A stretch of DNA of 64,000 nucleotides, taken from Calditrichia bacterium. Lineage in GTDB: Bacteria; Calditrichota; Calditrichia; JAJRVZ01. Shown here piece after piece: positions 21,412 through 31,101 of the stretch. Location of the stretch: the NCBI GenBank assembly GCA_963777955.1, contig CAVZSQ010000022.1, positions 160,001 through 224,000 on the forward strand, given 5' to 3'. Within the stretch, counting starts at the first letter, position 1. Every line of letters begins with the position of its first letter. The translations under genes and the position numbers were made by a program. The notes below the pieces were generated by a model that had not been told where the DNA came from, did no database searches, and worked only from the letters and a program-made list of their open reading frames with translations.

Positions 21412-22565
21412 TTTCAAGATGGCTGCTGAGAAAAATGATAACAGGTCCGGCAGAACGCCTGGTCTCTCTCGATGTCTTCAGGGGCATAACCATTGCTGCC
21501 ATGATCCTGGTTAACAATCCGGGCAGCTGGGATCATGTCTTCCCGCAATTACGCCATGCCTCCTGGCATGGCTGGACATTGACCGATCTTATCTTTCCTT
21601 TCTTTTTATTTATTGTAGGGGTGGCCATCGTCTTTGCCTTTTCGAAACGCATCGACCGTAAGGTCACCAAAACAGGCCTGTATATAAAAATTATCCGGCG
21701 GACCCTGATCATCTTTCTGCTGGGTCTGTTTTTGAATGCATTTCCCTATTTCGAACTTGCCACTCTGCGCATACCGGGAGTTTTACAGCGGATTGCGATT
21801 TGTTATCTCATTGCATCATTAATCTATTTAAATACGCGCAGCGCCTGGAAAGGACTGAGCATCTGGGCTGTGCTGTTCCTGCTGCTATACTGGTTAATGA
21901 TGGAATGGATACCGGTTCCGGAAGTGGGGGCTGGAATTTATAAGGTGGGTAAAAATTTTTCAAATTACATTGATAGCATTCTATTGCAGGGTCATATGTG
22001 GTCTTATACCGGTACCTGGGACCCGGAGGGAATTATCAGTACACTCCCTGCTATATCCACGACCTTGTTTGGAGTTTTAACCGGAAATTGGCTGAAAAGC
22101 AATAGATCAGCTCATCAAAAAACTCTGGGTATGTTAATGGCGGGAAATGTGGGATTGTTACTGGGGATTATCTGGGATAATTACCTTCCCATTAATAAAA
22201 GTATCTGGACCAGTTCCTATGTTGTCTTAACAGCCGGACTGGCATTAATTTGTCTGGCTTTCTGTTATTATTACATAGACGTGCAGGGTAAACGGAAGTG
22301 GATCCAACCGGCACTGGTCTTCGGTAGTAATGCAATCGCTGCTTATGTCCTGTCCGGTATCCTGGCCGATATATTTATTTCTGTTATTAAATACTATGCT
22401 GCCGATGGCACAATCCGGAATTTTCAGTCCTGGTTGTATGAACATGTGTTTTCTTCATGGTTAGGTCCACTTTATGGTTCTCTCGCTTATGCCATATGTT
22501 TTGTTTTACTAATTTATCTGATTGTGTTAATTCTGTATAAAAAAAGAATTTTCATCAAGGTATAA
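21408..22565 (+). CDS. Heparan-alpha-glucosaminide N-acetyltransferase-like membrane protein (NagX-like)
   Basis: SLDVFRGITIAAMILVNNPG, HASWHG, PGVLQRIA, DPEG, PINKSIWTSSY. Confidence 0.9.
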   Translation: MISRWLLRKMITGPAERLVSLDVFRGITIAAMILVNNPGSWDHVFPQLRHASWHGWTLTDLIFPFFLFIVGVAIVFAFSKRIDRKVTKTGLYIKIIRRTLIIFLLGLFLNAFPYFELATLRIPGVLQRIAICYLIASLIYLNTRSAWKGLSIWAVLFLLLYWLMMEWIPVPEVGAGIYKVGKNFSNYIDSILLQGHMWSYTGTWDPEGIISTLPAISTTLFGVLTGNWLKSNRSAHQKTLGMLMAGNVGLLLGIIWDNYLPINKSIWTSSYVVLTAGLALICLAFCYYYIDVQGKRKWIQPALVFGSNAIAAYVLSGILADIFISVIKYYAADGTIRNFQSWLYEHVFSSWLGPLYGSLAYAICFVLLIYLIVLILYKKRIFIKV

Positions 22566-22602
22566 CTGATGAACATCCGATTTATCCTCTTTTATAAAAT
22601 TA

Positions 22603-22646
22603 AGATTCATCCTCGCCCCGATAAATCGGGGCTTGTCAGAATGGCA
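22603..22646. repeat. REP-like palindrome before the cytochrome gene
   Basis: AGATTC...GCCCCGAT-AA-ATCGGGGC...TCAGAATGGCA. Confidence 0.5.
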
Positions 22647-24509
22647 CTTATTAGCCGATCCCAGTATATATTATTTTTGTTCATGTTTATAGGTACTCAT
22701 CTTTTCGCCCAGGTCGAGTCAAAACTTGGCGATCTATCCGATGGCAGCCGAACCACTCCGGTACACCTGATTCAGTTGATCGACGAAGACAGTTCGGTGA
22801 TTCGTCTGGATGAACAACCTTTATTACCTTTTTCGCCTAAATTTACCTGCGGTGGAAAGTGCCATGATTATGAGAGAATAAAACATGGCTGGCATTTCAA
22901 CTCAGTCGATTCCATCGCTCAATCCGGGCGGCCGGGAGCCCCCTGGATATATGTGGATCAGCAGACTCTTACCCAGATTCCAGTATCTTTCCGTAATTGG
23001 CCGGGTGTATATTCACCCCTGAAGGCTGGATTAAGTACCATGCAGTTTCTACAGATTTTTGGACGGCAGATGCCGGGAGGCGGTGCGGGCGAGCAAGAAA
23101 ATATTCGTGAGCGCACCGACCTGTTTCGCTGGCAGGTATCCGGAAATCTGGAAATTAATTGCCTGGGTTGTCACAATGCCGACCCGGCTAATGATCCTGC
23201 CGAATATGCTGCCCAGACTGCCCGGCAAAATTTTCGCTGGGCGGCAACCGCGGCCAGCGGAATAGCATCTGTGCGGGGTTCGGCCAAAGCCATGCCGGAT
23301 AATTATGATCTGTACTGGGGCTCTGCTCCCGATCAGCCGCAGGATCTGCCGCCGCAGGTTGTTTATGATAGCGGCAGGTTCAATCAGAAGCAGGAAGTTT
23401 TTTTCAATATTACCCGTGATATTCCCAACCGTAATTGTTATTTCTGTCACTCGCTGAAAGTCATCGATCCCAATCGTACCGAACGCTGGCAACTGGGTGA
23501 AGATGTACATCTGGCTGCCGGTATGCAATGCGTTGATTGTCATCAGAATGGTCTGGATCACCGTATCAGCCGCGGTTACGAAAAAGAAACAGTTGCTTCC
23601 GGCACGGCTAGAAATAATTCCTTGAGTTGTGCAGGTTGTCATATAAAAAATCCGCAAGAAGCCGACACAGATCCGGGCAATGTAAGCGCGCCTCGTCCGC
23701 AACATCGCGGGATCCCCTTGATTCATTTTGAACGGTTGACCTGTACCGCCTGTCATGCCGGAGAATGGCCTCTGCAGGAAACCCGGCGGATAAAAACCGC
23801 CATCACCCATGGATTGGGTGTCAAGGGAATAAATAAATCGGAACAAATTTTACCTCATATTATATCACCTGTACTGGCAGAACAAGCGGATGGCAGGATT
23901 GCTATGCATAATATGCTCTGGCCGTCTTTCTGGGCGAAGCAGCATGGCGATACGATAATCCCCCTGGCCCCGCAAATGATATCACCTCTGCTGCAAAAAA
24001 TAATTGTAAATGATGATTCGACGCGAACAGGGGACTGGTTGAGGCTGAATGACTCTTTACTGCTACGGGTACTTGATACTTTAAAAACAATTATAGCGGG
24101 CAGCACTGAACCGGTTTTCATCAGCGGGGGAAAACTATATCGCCGGAGTTCTACCGGTAAAATAGTAATGCAGAAGCATCGCGCTGCAGAACCCTATCTC
24201 TGGCCGCTGGCACACGATATCAGACCGGCGTCACGTTCCCTGGGGATGAGGGGATGTAGCGATTGCCACACGCTTAATTCTCCGCTTTATTTCGGCAGGG
24301 TGGAAATCGATACCCCCCTGAAACTATCCGGTCAGGTTTATACCAGGATGATTGATTACCGGTCGCAGACCAGAATCCAGGCAGTGATCTTTTCATTCAG
24401 TTTTTTATTCAGACCCTGGTTAAAGATCTTGATCATTCTTGCCGTGGTGGTGATCACGGCTGTAGTTCTGCTATACGGCTTTAAGGGACTGGCCAGCCGT
24501 TCTGGCTAA
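22641..24509 (+). CDS. Multiheme cytochrome c (6 CxxCH + 1 CxxxCH) with C-terminal TM anchor
   Basis: CGGKCH, CLGCH, CYFCH, CVDCH, CAGCH, CTACH, CSDCH; signal peptide; hydrophobic C-terminus. Start could be 22569. Confidence 0.9.
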   Translation: MALISRSQYILFLFMFIGTHLFAQVESKLGDLSDGSRTTPVHLIQLIDEDSSVIRLDEQPLLPFSPKFTCGGKCHDYERIKHGWHFNSVDSIAQSGRPGAPWIYVDQQTLTQIPVSFRNWPGVYSPLKAGLSTMQFLQIFGRQMPGGGAGEQENIRERTDLFRWQVSGNLEINCLGCHNADPANDPAEYAAQTARQNFRWAATAASGIASVRGSAKAMPDNYDLYWGSAPDQPQDLPPQVVYDSGRFNQKQEVFFNITRDIPNRNCYFCHSLKVIDPNRTERWQLGEDVHLAAGMQCVDCHQNGLDHRISRGYEKETVASGTARNNSLSCAGCHIKNPQEADTDPGNVSAPRPQHRGIPLIHFERLTCTACHAGEWPLQETRRIKTAITHGLGVKGINKSEQILPHIISPVLAEQADGRIAMHNMLWPSFWAKQHGDTIIPLAPQMISPLLQKIIVNDDSTRTGDWLRLNDSLLLRVLDTLKTIIAGSTEPVFISGGKLYRRSSTGKIVMQKHRAAEPYLWPLAHDIRPASRSLGMRGCSDCHTLNSPLYFGRVEIDTPLKLSGQVYTRMIDYRSQTRIQAVIFSFSFLFRPWLKILIILAVVVITAVVLLYGFKGLASRSG

Positions 24510-24535
24510 GTTCGCAACTGGCGGGGAGTAGGACT

Positions 24536-25168
24536 ATGTTCCGGATTATTTTAATCATCACAGTCATCGGCAGTCTGGTCTGGCTTTATAAAACAATCAG
24601 GCGCGGTAATATAACCGCCGATAATTTGTGGCGCAGGATCAAAACAGAATTTTCGGTGTTTAAAAAATACAGCGAAGTTGAACCGGGACAGGTTTTGCTA
24701 AAACTCAGGAAAAGCACTTATCTGCTGACTCTGACTTTCTTGCTGGTTCTGGCCGTATCTGCTTACCTGCAGGTCATGATCTGGGGCGGCCCTTTAACCG
24801 GCTGGTTGTTAATTATTCACGTTACTGCTGCACCGCTATTCGCGATCAGTCTGATGTTAAATATTTTAGTCTGGGCGCAGCAAAAACGCTTTGACCAGCA
24901 GGATTGGTACTATCTGCGACAGATTCTCAGACAGAAAAAAATTCTGCTGCTGCGCAGCAATGATGCGGAATTCTGGAATAAACTGATTTTCTGGATTTTT
25001 ATGCTCAGCGCCATTCCGGCAATTTTTTCCATTGTCCTGCAACTTTATCCTGTTTTTGGTTCGGCAGGAATGGAGAACCTGCTGAGTATTCATCGTTACA
25101 GTACACTGATTCTGTTTATCGCGGTTGTAATTCACGGGCGTTTGTTGCTGCAGAACTTGAACAATTAA
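24536..25168 (+). CDS. Cytochrome b-like membrane protein (FdnI/HyaC-type)
   Basis: ~5 TM helices with His in IIHVT, SIHRY and VIHG; WNKLIFW segment; directly follows the cytochrome c gene. Confidence 0.65.
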   Translation: MFRIILIITVIGSLVWLYKTIRRGNITADNLWRRIKTEFSVFKKYSEVEPGQVLLKLRKSTYLLTLTFLLVLAVSAYLQVMIWGGPLTGWLLIIHVTAAPLFAISLMLNILVWAQQKRFDQQDWYYLRQILRQKKILLLRSNDAEFWNKLIFWIFMLSAIPAIFSIVLQLYPVFGSAGMENLLSIHRYSTLILFIAVVIHGRLLLQNLNN

Positions 25169-25228
25169 GATAATTTGGCGTGTAATACTTTTAGTCAATT
25201 AATTTATAAATTAGCTGGAGGAACAGGA

Positions 25229-25933
25229 ATGAGATATTGCAGAAGCGGATCAGGTATTTTGGTTATCACCATAGTCCTGCTGGGCGCCTGCGGCCTCGCG
25301 ACCGGTCAACAACCACCGGTCAGCGCTGCTCAGTCCAATCAGGCACCGCTTGAAATTAAACTTCCGAAACCGGTATTCATCGGCACCCCTCAGAATATGC
25401 AGGTACCTAATCTGGAAAAACCACTGGGCAAGCCCCGTCCGCCCTTTTTGGCACCTGCCGGGACAAAGAATGCCGCTTTGAAAAAGACGGTGCATAGCAG
25501 CGACGAGATGCCGATCATTGGTGAACTGGCGCTGATCACCGATGGGGATAAAGAAGCAAACGAGGGCAGTTTTGTAGAACTTGGTCCTTTCTCCCAGAAT
25601 GTAACAATTGACCTGGGCAGCAAACATGACATCTATGCTATTGTGGTCTGGCATTATCATAACCAGCCGCGGGTATATTTTGATGTAGTGGTGCAGGTTG
25701 CGGATGACGCGGATTTTATCAAGGATGTAAAAACGATCTTCAATAATGATCATGACAATTCATCCAAACTGGGTGCCGGAAAGGATATGAATTATGTCGA
25801 GACGGCAGAGGGAAAACTGATCGATGCCAGGGGAGTACAGGGACGTTACGTAAGGTTGTACAGCAAGGGCAATACCAATAATGATTTGAACCATTACACC
25901 GAGGTTGAAGTGTACGGTAAGCCTGTTAAATGA
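25229..25933 (+). CDS. Secreted discoidin/F5-8-type-C-like protein
   Basis: Signal peptide; ITDGDK, TIDLG, GRYVRLYS, EVEVYG; GGAGG SD. Confidence 0.75.
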   Translation: MRYCRSGSGILVITIVLLGACGLATGQQPPVSAAQSNQAPLEIKLPKPVFIGTPQNMQVPNLEKPLGKPRPPFLAPAGTKNAALKKTVHSSDEMPIIGELALITDGDKEANEGSFVELGPFSQNVTIDLGSKHDIYAIVVWHYHNQPRVYFDVVVQVADDADFIKDVKTIFNNDHDNSSKLGAGKDMNYVETAEGKLIDARGVQGRYVRLYSKGNTNNDLNHYTEVEVYGKPVK

Positions 25934-27535
25934 ACCGGCGAAAATTTTACTGCGGATCATGGGTACTTATTTTTTTGCTGGCAGCGGCTTTACGCATACC
26001 GTCGCTCTCTTTACGGCCCATGCATACCGATGAGGCAGTTCATGCTGTTAAATTCGCCGAGTTGCTGGAGACAGGACATTATCAATATAACCCGCAGGAA
26101 TATCACGGACCAACACTCTACTATCTGACCTTACCCGTTGCCTGGTTAGGCGGATATCATTCCTTAGCCCAACTGAATGAGTTCATTTTACGCCTGGTAT
26201 CAGTCGTCTGGGGCCTACTGGCCATATTTATATTCATCAGGTTAGGCAGGCAGGTTAACCAGGTTAACCAGGTTAACCAGCGCACGATACTGCTGGCAGG
26301 CTTGTTCTATGCCATATCATCAATAATTGTTTATTACAACCGGTATTATATTCATGAGACCCTGCTGGCCGTATTTGCCTGGTCGATGCTGGTTTATGGC
26401 TATCTGTTCATAAAAGAAAAGAGGGGTCTTTATGCCGTACTCTGTGGAATTAGTCTGGGGCTGCTGATTTCCACCAAAGAAACCTGGGTAATCTATGTGA
26501 GTGCTGCTGTTATTTCTGTAATCCTGTTGCCTGAATGGCGAAAAGCATTTGCCGCGAATATTATTGATACCGGTCTGTTGATTTTCACGCCGGCGTTGCT
26601 GATTGTAGGATTGTTCTACACTTCATTTTTTACCAATCCGCAGGGAATTCCGGATTTTATTCAGTCCCTCGGGAATTACTTTCACAGAGGTATCAGCAAT
26701 TCAATTCATACGCACCCATGGTACTACTATATTAAAACTTTGGTTTACTTTAAAGGCAACCAGGGACCGGTCTGGAGCGAAGGCTTTCTTTTATTTGCCT
26801 CAATTTTTGGGGCGATGCTCGTTTTTGTTAAAAAATTCCCGGCAGGAACCGCCGGCACCGCAAGGTCTTTTACTCCGCTTCATCAGCGTCTACACTCTGT
26901 TAGTGATTGTAATTTTTTCCCTGATTCCCTATAAAATGCCCTGGAATATTTTGGGCTGGATGCCCGGTCTCATTTTGCTGGCCGGCTGGGCATTCGATTA
27001 TTTGCTCTCTCATTCGAACCGGAAACTGGTTTTCATTCTTGTTTCTTTAATCTTGTTTCTTGGTTTTTTGCATGCAGCCTGGCAGTGCTGGCAGTTGAAT
27101 TATCGATATGAATGTGATCCGGCAAATCCGTACGTTTATGCCCATACGGGGAAAGATATCGAGTTGGTGCAAAAGACCATGACCGAGCTGGCCGTGCTAT
27201 CGGGCGACGCAGCCCTGCGCATCGATGTGATCTTCAGCGGACATGATTACTGGCCGTTGCCCTGGTATCTGCGTACTTTCAAATACGTGGGTTGGTGGAA
27301 TGATCTTGATCTGGAGAATCCTCCTGCGCCGGTAATACTACTCAGCGCGGATCAGGAAGAAAATTTATTAAAATTGATCTATGAAGTAACTCCGTTCGAA
27401 AGGCGTCAACTTTATATGAATCTTTTCGGCCGTGATATTGAGTTACGGCCGGGTTTAGCAATGCACGGTTATATAAGTTATGATCTATGGCAAAAACTAA
27501 AACCTCCCCGGCAGATTATAGAGACTCATCCTTGA
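25930..27535 (+). CDS. GT-C/PMT-like membrane glycosyltransferase (TIGR03663-like); frameshift in A6 run at ~26832
   Basis: RPMHTDEAVHA, YNPQEYHGP, YYNRYYIHE, TKET, HPWYYY, PYKMPW, YWPLPWYLR. Confidence 0.8.
26251..26280 (+). repeat. In-frame 9-bp tandem repeat (CAGGTTAAC)x3
   Basis: Encodes QVNQVNQVNQ. Confidence 0.9.
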
Positions 27536-28472
27536 ACTTTTCCGTTGATTCAGCGAAGATGATTTCTGCGGATTGGTCGAAGACTCACCGGCTGAGCCGC
27601 TTCGAACATCAGGCCATGGCCACCATTTTCGAAGTAATTTTATATCATCGTGATGCGCAGTATGCGGCTCAGGCAGTCCAGGCTGCTTTTATGGAATTGG
27701 ACAGGCTGGAACAGGAATTAAGCCGGTTCATCGAAAACAGCGATATCTCCCGCATCAACCGTGCTGTACCGGGAGCACTTCTGAAAATAGGCCTGGATAC
27801 GCTTACCTGTCTGCAGTTTTGTCAACAAATCTACAAACAAACTGATGGTGCTTTTGATATTACGGTCGGAGCGCTGGTCGATTTCTGGCGCCGTGCGGCT
27901 CCGGCAGTACTGCCAAAACAAAAGATAATCTGAATTTAATTAAACAAAAAACCGGCCTGAATCATCTGGTATTGGATTCTGATAATCATTCTGTGCAGGT
28001 ATTAAAAGCAGGTTTGAGTATTGATCTGGGCGGATTTGCGAAAGGGTATGCGCTGGATCGCATGGCGGCAATCATCGCCGAATGGGGTATATCCTGCGCT
28101 ATGTTGCACAGCGGTAACAGTACCGTCCTGGCCTCGGCAGCCCCGGCAAAAGAAAATGGCTGGCCCTTAGCGCTGAGGCACCCTCATTCCGGAAAGGTCA
28201 TTAAATATATTTCATTGACCGGTTCTGCGATCAGCGGTTCAGGATTACAGAAGGGAGCCCATATTGTAAATCCACACAGCGGTAAGCCGGTCGATAATAA
28301 ACTGGCCGCCTGGTCGACGGCCTCAACCGCAGCTTTAGCCGATGCGCTTTCAACAGCGTTTATGATTATGACCAGTACTCAGATTGAGAAATATATAAAG
28401 CATCATCCTGAAGTTGCTGCCTGTATTCTCTCTAAGCAAAAACCTCAAGTTCGATTTTTCGGAGAAATTTAA
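27532..28472 (+). CDS. apbE: FAD:protein FMN transferase (ApbE family); frameshift at ~27918
   Basis: AMAT, SDISRIN, TDGAFDITVG, IDLGGFAKGYALD, HIVNP, ADALSTA. Confidence 0.85.
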
Positions 28473-28481
28473 CTTTGTTCA

Positions 28482-28571
28482 CCTTGCGTACTTTGCGCTT
28501 ACCTCAGCGACCTTGGCGTTTGAAAAGCTAAAACGCAAAGGGCGCAGAGGTCTTCGCCAAGAACGCAAAGA
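28482..28571. repeat. Imperfect palindromic repeat, left flank of GxxExxY gene (55-bp core 28507-28561)
   Basis: Core GCGACCTTGGCGTTTGAAAAGCTAAAACGCAAAGGGCGCAGAGGTCTTCGCCAAG is identical to 29016-29070. Confidence 0.9.
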
Positions 28572-28607
28572 TTAATTATTGGTATGAATTTTGCATTAAT
28601 AATATTG

Positions 28608-28985
28608 ATGTCAGAAAATGAATTGGCAACAATAATTATCGGATCAGCCATAGAGGTTCATACAGCATTTGGTCCAGGATTACTGGAGTCTGTTTATAAA
28701 GAATGTCTGTTTTATAAGATAAAACAAAGAGGATTAGCGGTAGAAAAAGAAAAGCCTATGCCTTTGTTGTTGGAGGAGGTAAGACTTGAATGTGGTTATC
28801 GGATTGATTTAGTTATTGAAAACAAGGTAATCGTTGAAGTAAAATCTGTTGAAAGTCTCGCTGATATTCATCTGGCACAAATCTTGACATATTTAAGACT
28901 CTCAACTTGTAAACTTGGATTGTTAATAAATTTCAATGTATTACATCTCAAGGATGGAATTAGAAGAGTAGTCAATCATTTATAA
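28608..28985 (+). CDS. GxxExxY protein (PD-(D/E)XK-like family)
   Basis: GPGLLESVY, YRIDLVIENKVIVEVKSV, AQILTYL, GLLINFN. Confidence 0.95.
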   Translation: MSENELATIIIGSAIEVHTAFGPGLLESVYKECLFYKIKQRGLAVEKEKPMPLLLEEVRLECGYRIDLVIENKVIVEVKSVESLADIHLAQILTYLRLSTCKLGLLINFNVLHLKDGIRRVVNHL

Positions 28986-28986
28986 T

Positions 28987-29080
28987 TCTTTGCGTCCTCT
29001 GCGTCGATGCCCTCTGCGACCTTGGCGTTTGAAAAGCTAAAACGCAAAGGGCGCAGAGGTCTTCGCCAAGGACGCAGAGA
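28987..29080. repeat. Imperfect palindromic repeat, right flank of GxxExxY gene (55-bp core 29016-29070)
   Basis: Direct repeat of the left flank; made of CTYTGCG / CGCARAG units. Confidence 0.9.
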
Positions 29081-29102
29081 TCAGTACATAAGCCTTATAT
29101 TA

Positions 29103-30725
29103 TTATCTGAGTAGAATCATTTTTTTACTTTGCACAAAAGAACCGGTTTTAATCTGATACAGGTATACACCTGAAGCCAGATCATTGGTTTCAACGCGAA
29201 CCTGGTGCAGGCCAGCCGGTAGATATGCATCAAGCAAAGTCATAACTTTCTGTCCGATCAGATTATATACTTCTATAACTACCCGGTTGGCGATTGGAAT
29301 ACTGAATCTGAAATTTGTAGCAGCATTGAATGGATTCGGATAGTTCTGTTCCAGCCGGTAACCGAAGGAGTGCTGCAGGTTATAATTGGTCAGGGTGGCG
29401 ATACTGGTTTCTGAAGCCCCCAGATCAGGTGCGTCATCAAGATATGCCAGCGCGGGGACGATCAAAGTATCTTTATTATCATTATATACGAGGTTAACCC
29501 CCTGGATTCCTGCTTCCCGGCAGGGAGAAAAATCCTGTAAACGGTAATCATCACTCAACGGTGCCAGGAACAGCGGATCAGAATTGAAATTACCTTCCAA
29601 CCAGAAAACTTTACTGTTCAGGTCTGCATAAATACTGTCCAGGCCTCCGCCGATATCGGAATGGGTGATCGTGATACTGCCGGAATCTTGCAGGTCGGTA
29701 TACACATAAATTTCCGGTTTAGAATCATTCCACAGTATGGAATTGACCAGGTCTGCCCGGCTATCCCAAACAAATAATCCTCCTCCGGCATAATTGTCGC
29801 CGATAATTTCGCTGACCTGATTATTGCTGATGGTGAGGTTCATTAACAGGGCATGAGCATGCGATGCAAGATAGATGCCGCCACCCTCGTAAGCACTATT
29901 GCCGGTAACGGTTACGCGTTCCAGATACGGATTCGACGACTGGCAATAGAAACCGCCGCCCTGGTCATCGGTCTCGTTATTGCGGATGGTGGAATTTTTA
30001 AGTTCAATATCTGAGGAATTTCCGCAGAAAATACCGGCGCCTGCCCAGCTGGTGTAATTTGCGCTGACCTGAATTTCTGAAAGTTGAGCGAAACAATTGT
30101 CATTAAAATATAGTCCGCCGCCATCCTCATTAGCCACATTATTATAGATCATAGATTGAGTAATCACAGGCGAACTGTATTGCTCACAGCAGATCCCGCC
30201 CCCTTTATAGATTGCCGCGTTATTATGGACCTTAACATTGACAATAGCAGGACTGGCATAACTGAAGCAATAAATCCCCCCGCCATTACTGGCTGTGTTT
30301 CCGGTTATGTTCAGATGTGCCAGCGTTGGCGATGAATTGAAGGCGCACTGTATACCCCCGCCCCCTGAGAAGTAACCACCGGTGATTGTAAATCCGGTCA
30401 AACGGCTGTTGCCATCCTCGCCATTGACAAAAAGTATCACGCAGCCCTGGTTGAGATAGTCATTATTACCATTAATGATCGTCTGATCTATATATGTAGT
30501 ATCCCCAGCCAGCAAAAACAGGCTGCCCACCGTTAACTGCTTTCCCTGAAAGTTTACATTTTCCAGGTATTCTCCCGGTTGAACCAGAACTGTATCACCG
30601 GTTACTGCAGAATCGATACCAGATTGTATGGTGGGATATTCAAGCGATGGCACATTCAGAACTGCGGCTGTTCCGGCAGTTACCAGAACCAGCAGGGCCA
30701 AGATTATGTATTTATTCCTCATCAT
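29103..30725 (-). CDS. Secreted right-handed beta-helix repeat protein with T9SS-type C-terminal domain
   Basis: Signal peptide; YPTIQSGID, repeated GGGIxC..N motifs; QNYPNPFN...SGVYLY...KKMILLR. Confidence 0.85.
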   Translation of the reverse strand: MMRNKYIILALLVLVTAGTAAVLNVPSLEYPTIQSGIDSAVTGDTVLVQPGEYLENVNFQGKQLTVGSLFLLAGDTTYIDQTIINGNNDYLNQGCVILFVNGEDGNSRLTGFTITGGYFSGGGGIQCAFNSSPTLAHLNITGNTASNGGGIYCFSYASPAIVNVKVHNNAAIYKGGGICCEQYSSPVITQSMIYNNVANEDGGGLYFNDNCFAQLSEIQVSANYTSWAGAGIFCGNSSDIELKNSTIRNNETDDQGGGFYCQSSNPYLERVTVTGNSAYEGGGIYLASHAHALLMNLTISNNQVSEIIGDNYAGGGLFVWDSRADLVNSILWNDSKPEIYVYTDLQDSGSITITHSDIGGGLDSIYADLNSKVFWLEGNFNSDPLFLAPLSDDYRLQDFSPCREAGIQGVNLVYNDNKDTLIVPALAYLDDAPDLGASETSIATLTNYNLQHSFGYRLEQNYPNPFNAATNFRFSIPIANRVVIEVYNLIGQKVMTLLDAYLPAGLHQVRVETNDLASGVYLYQIKTGSFVQSKKMILLR

Positions 30726-30981
30726 AAATCTCCTGTTGTTTTTACTTATAATATAAACGATTTTAAAGAAAATCATAACAGAATCTTCATATTTAAATAT
30801 CACCACACCGGATATGGCGGCGATAATAACAATATCAGAGAATATGATAATCCTGGCGCATCATTATAAATTCTAACGCCCGGAAAAAAATTATATTCCG
30901 GCAGGCAGCTAAAATTAAAAATGATGCGCTGCTTGATCATCACGATGGGGAATTAATTATGGTAAGCTAAAACGAAGGACC

Positions 30982-31101
30982 TCAGCTGGCCAATCGTACA
31001 GATTGGGGGTCCTGAACTTCGATGACGTTTGAGGCAGGTCGGAGATCTTTTATGGTAAAAAAGACCTTTGATTTCAACTTAATCTTAATTTTCAATTTCA
31101 T
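30982..31101 (-). CDS. Unannotated small ORF (39 aa) MKLKIKIKLKSKVFFTIKDLRPASNVIEVQDPQSVRLAS
   Basis: Perfect AAGGAGG SD 7 nt before ATG; below the ORF-track cutoff. Confidence 0.6.
   Translation of the reverse strand: MKLKIKIKLKSKVFFTIKDLRPASNVIEVQDPQSVRLAS

Noticed and set aside
28482..29080. Repeats considered as a CRISPR array or IS terminal inverted repeats
   Set aside because: Only two copies separated by a whole gene; no cas genes or transposase; the copies are direct, not terminal inverted
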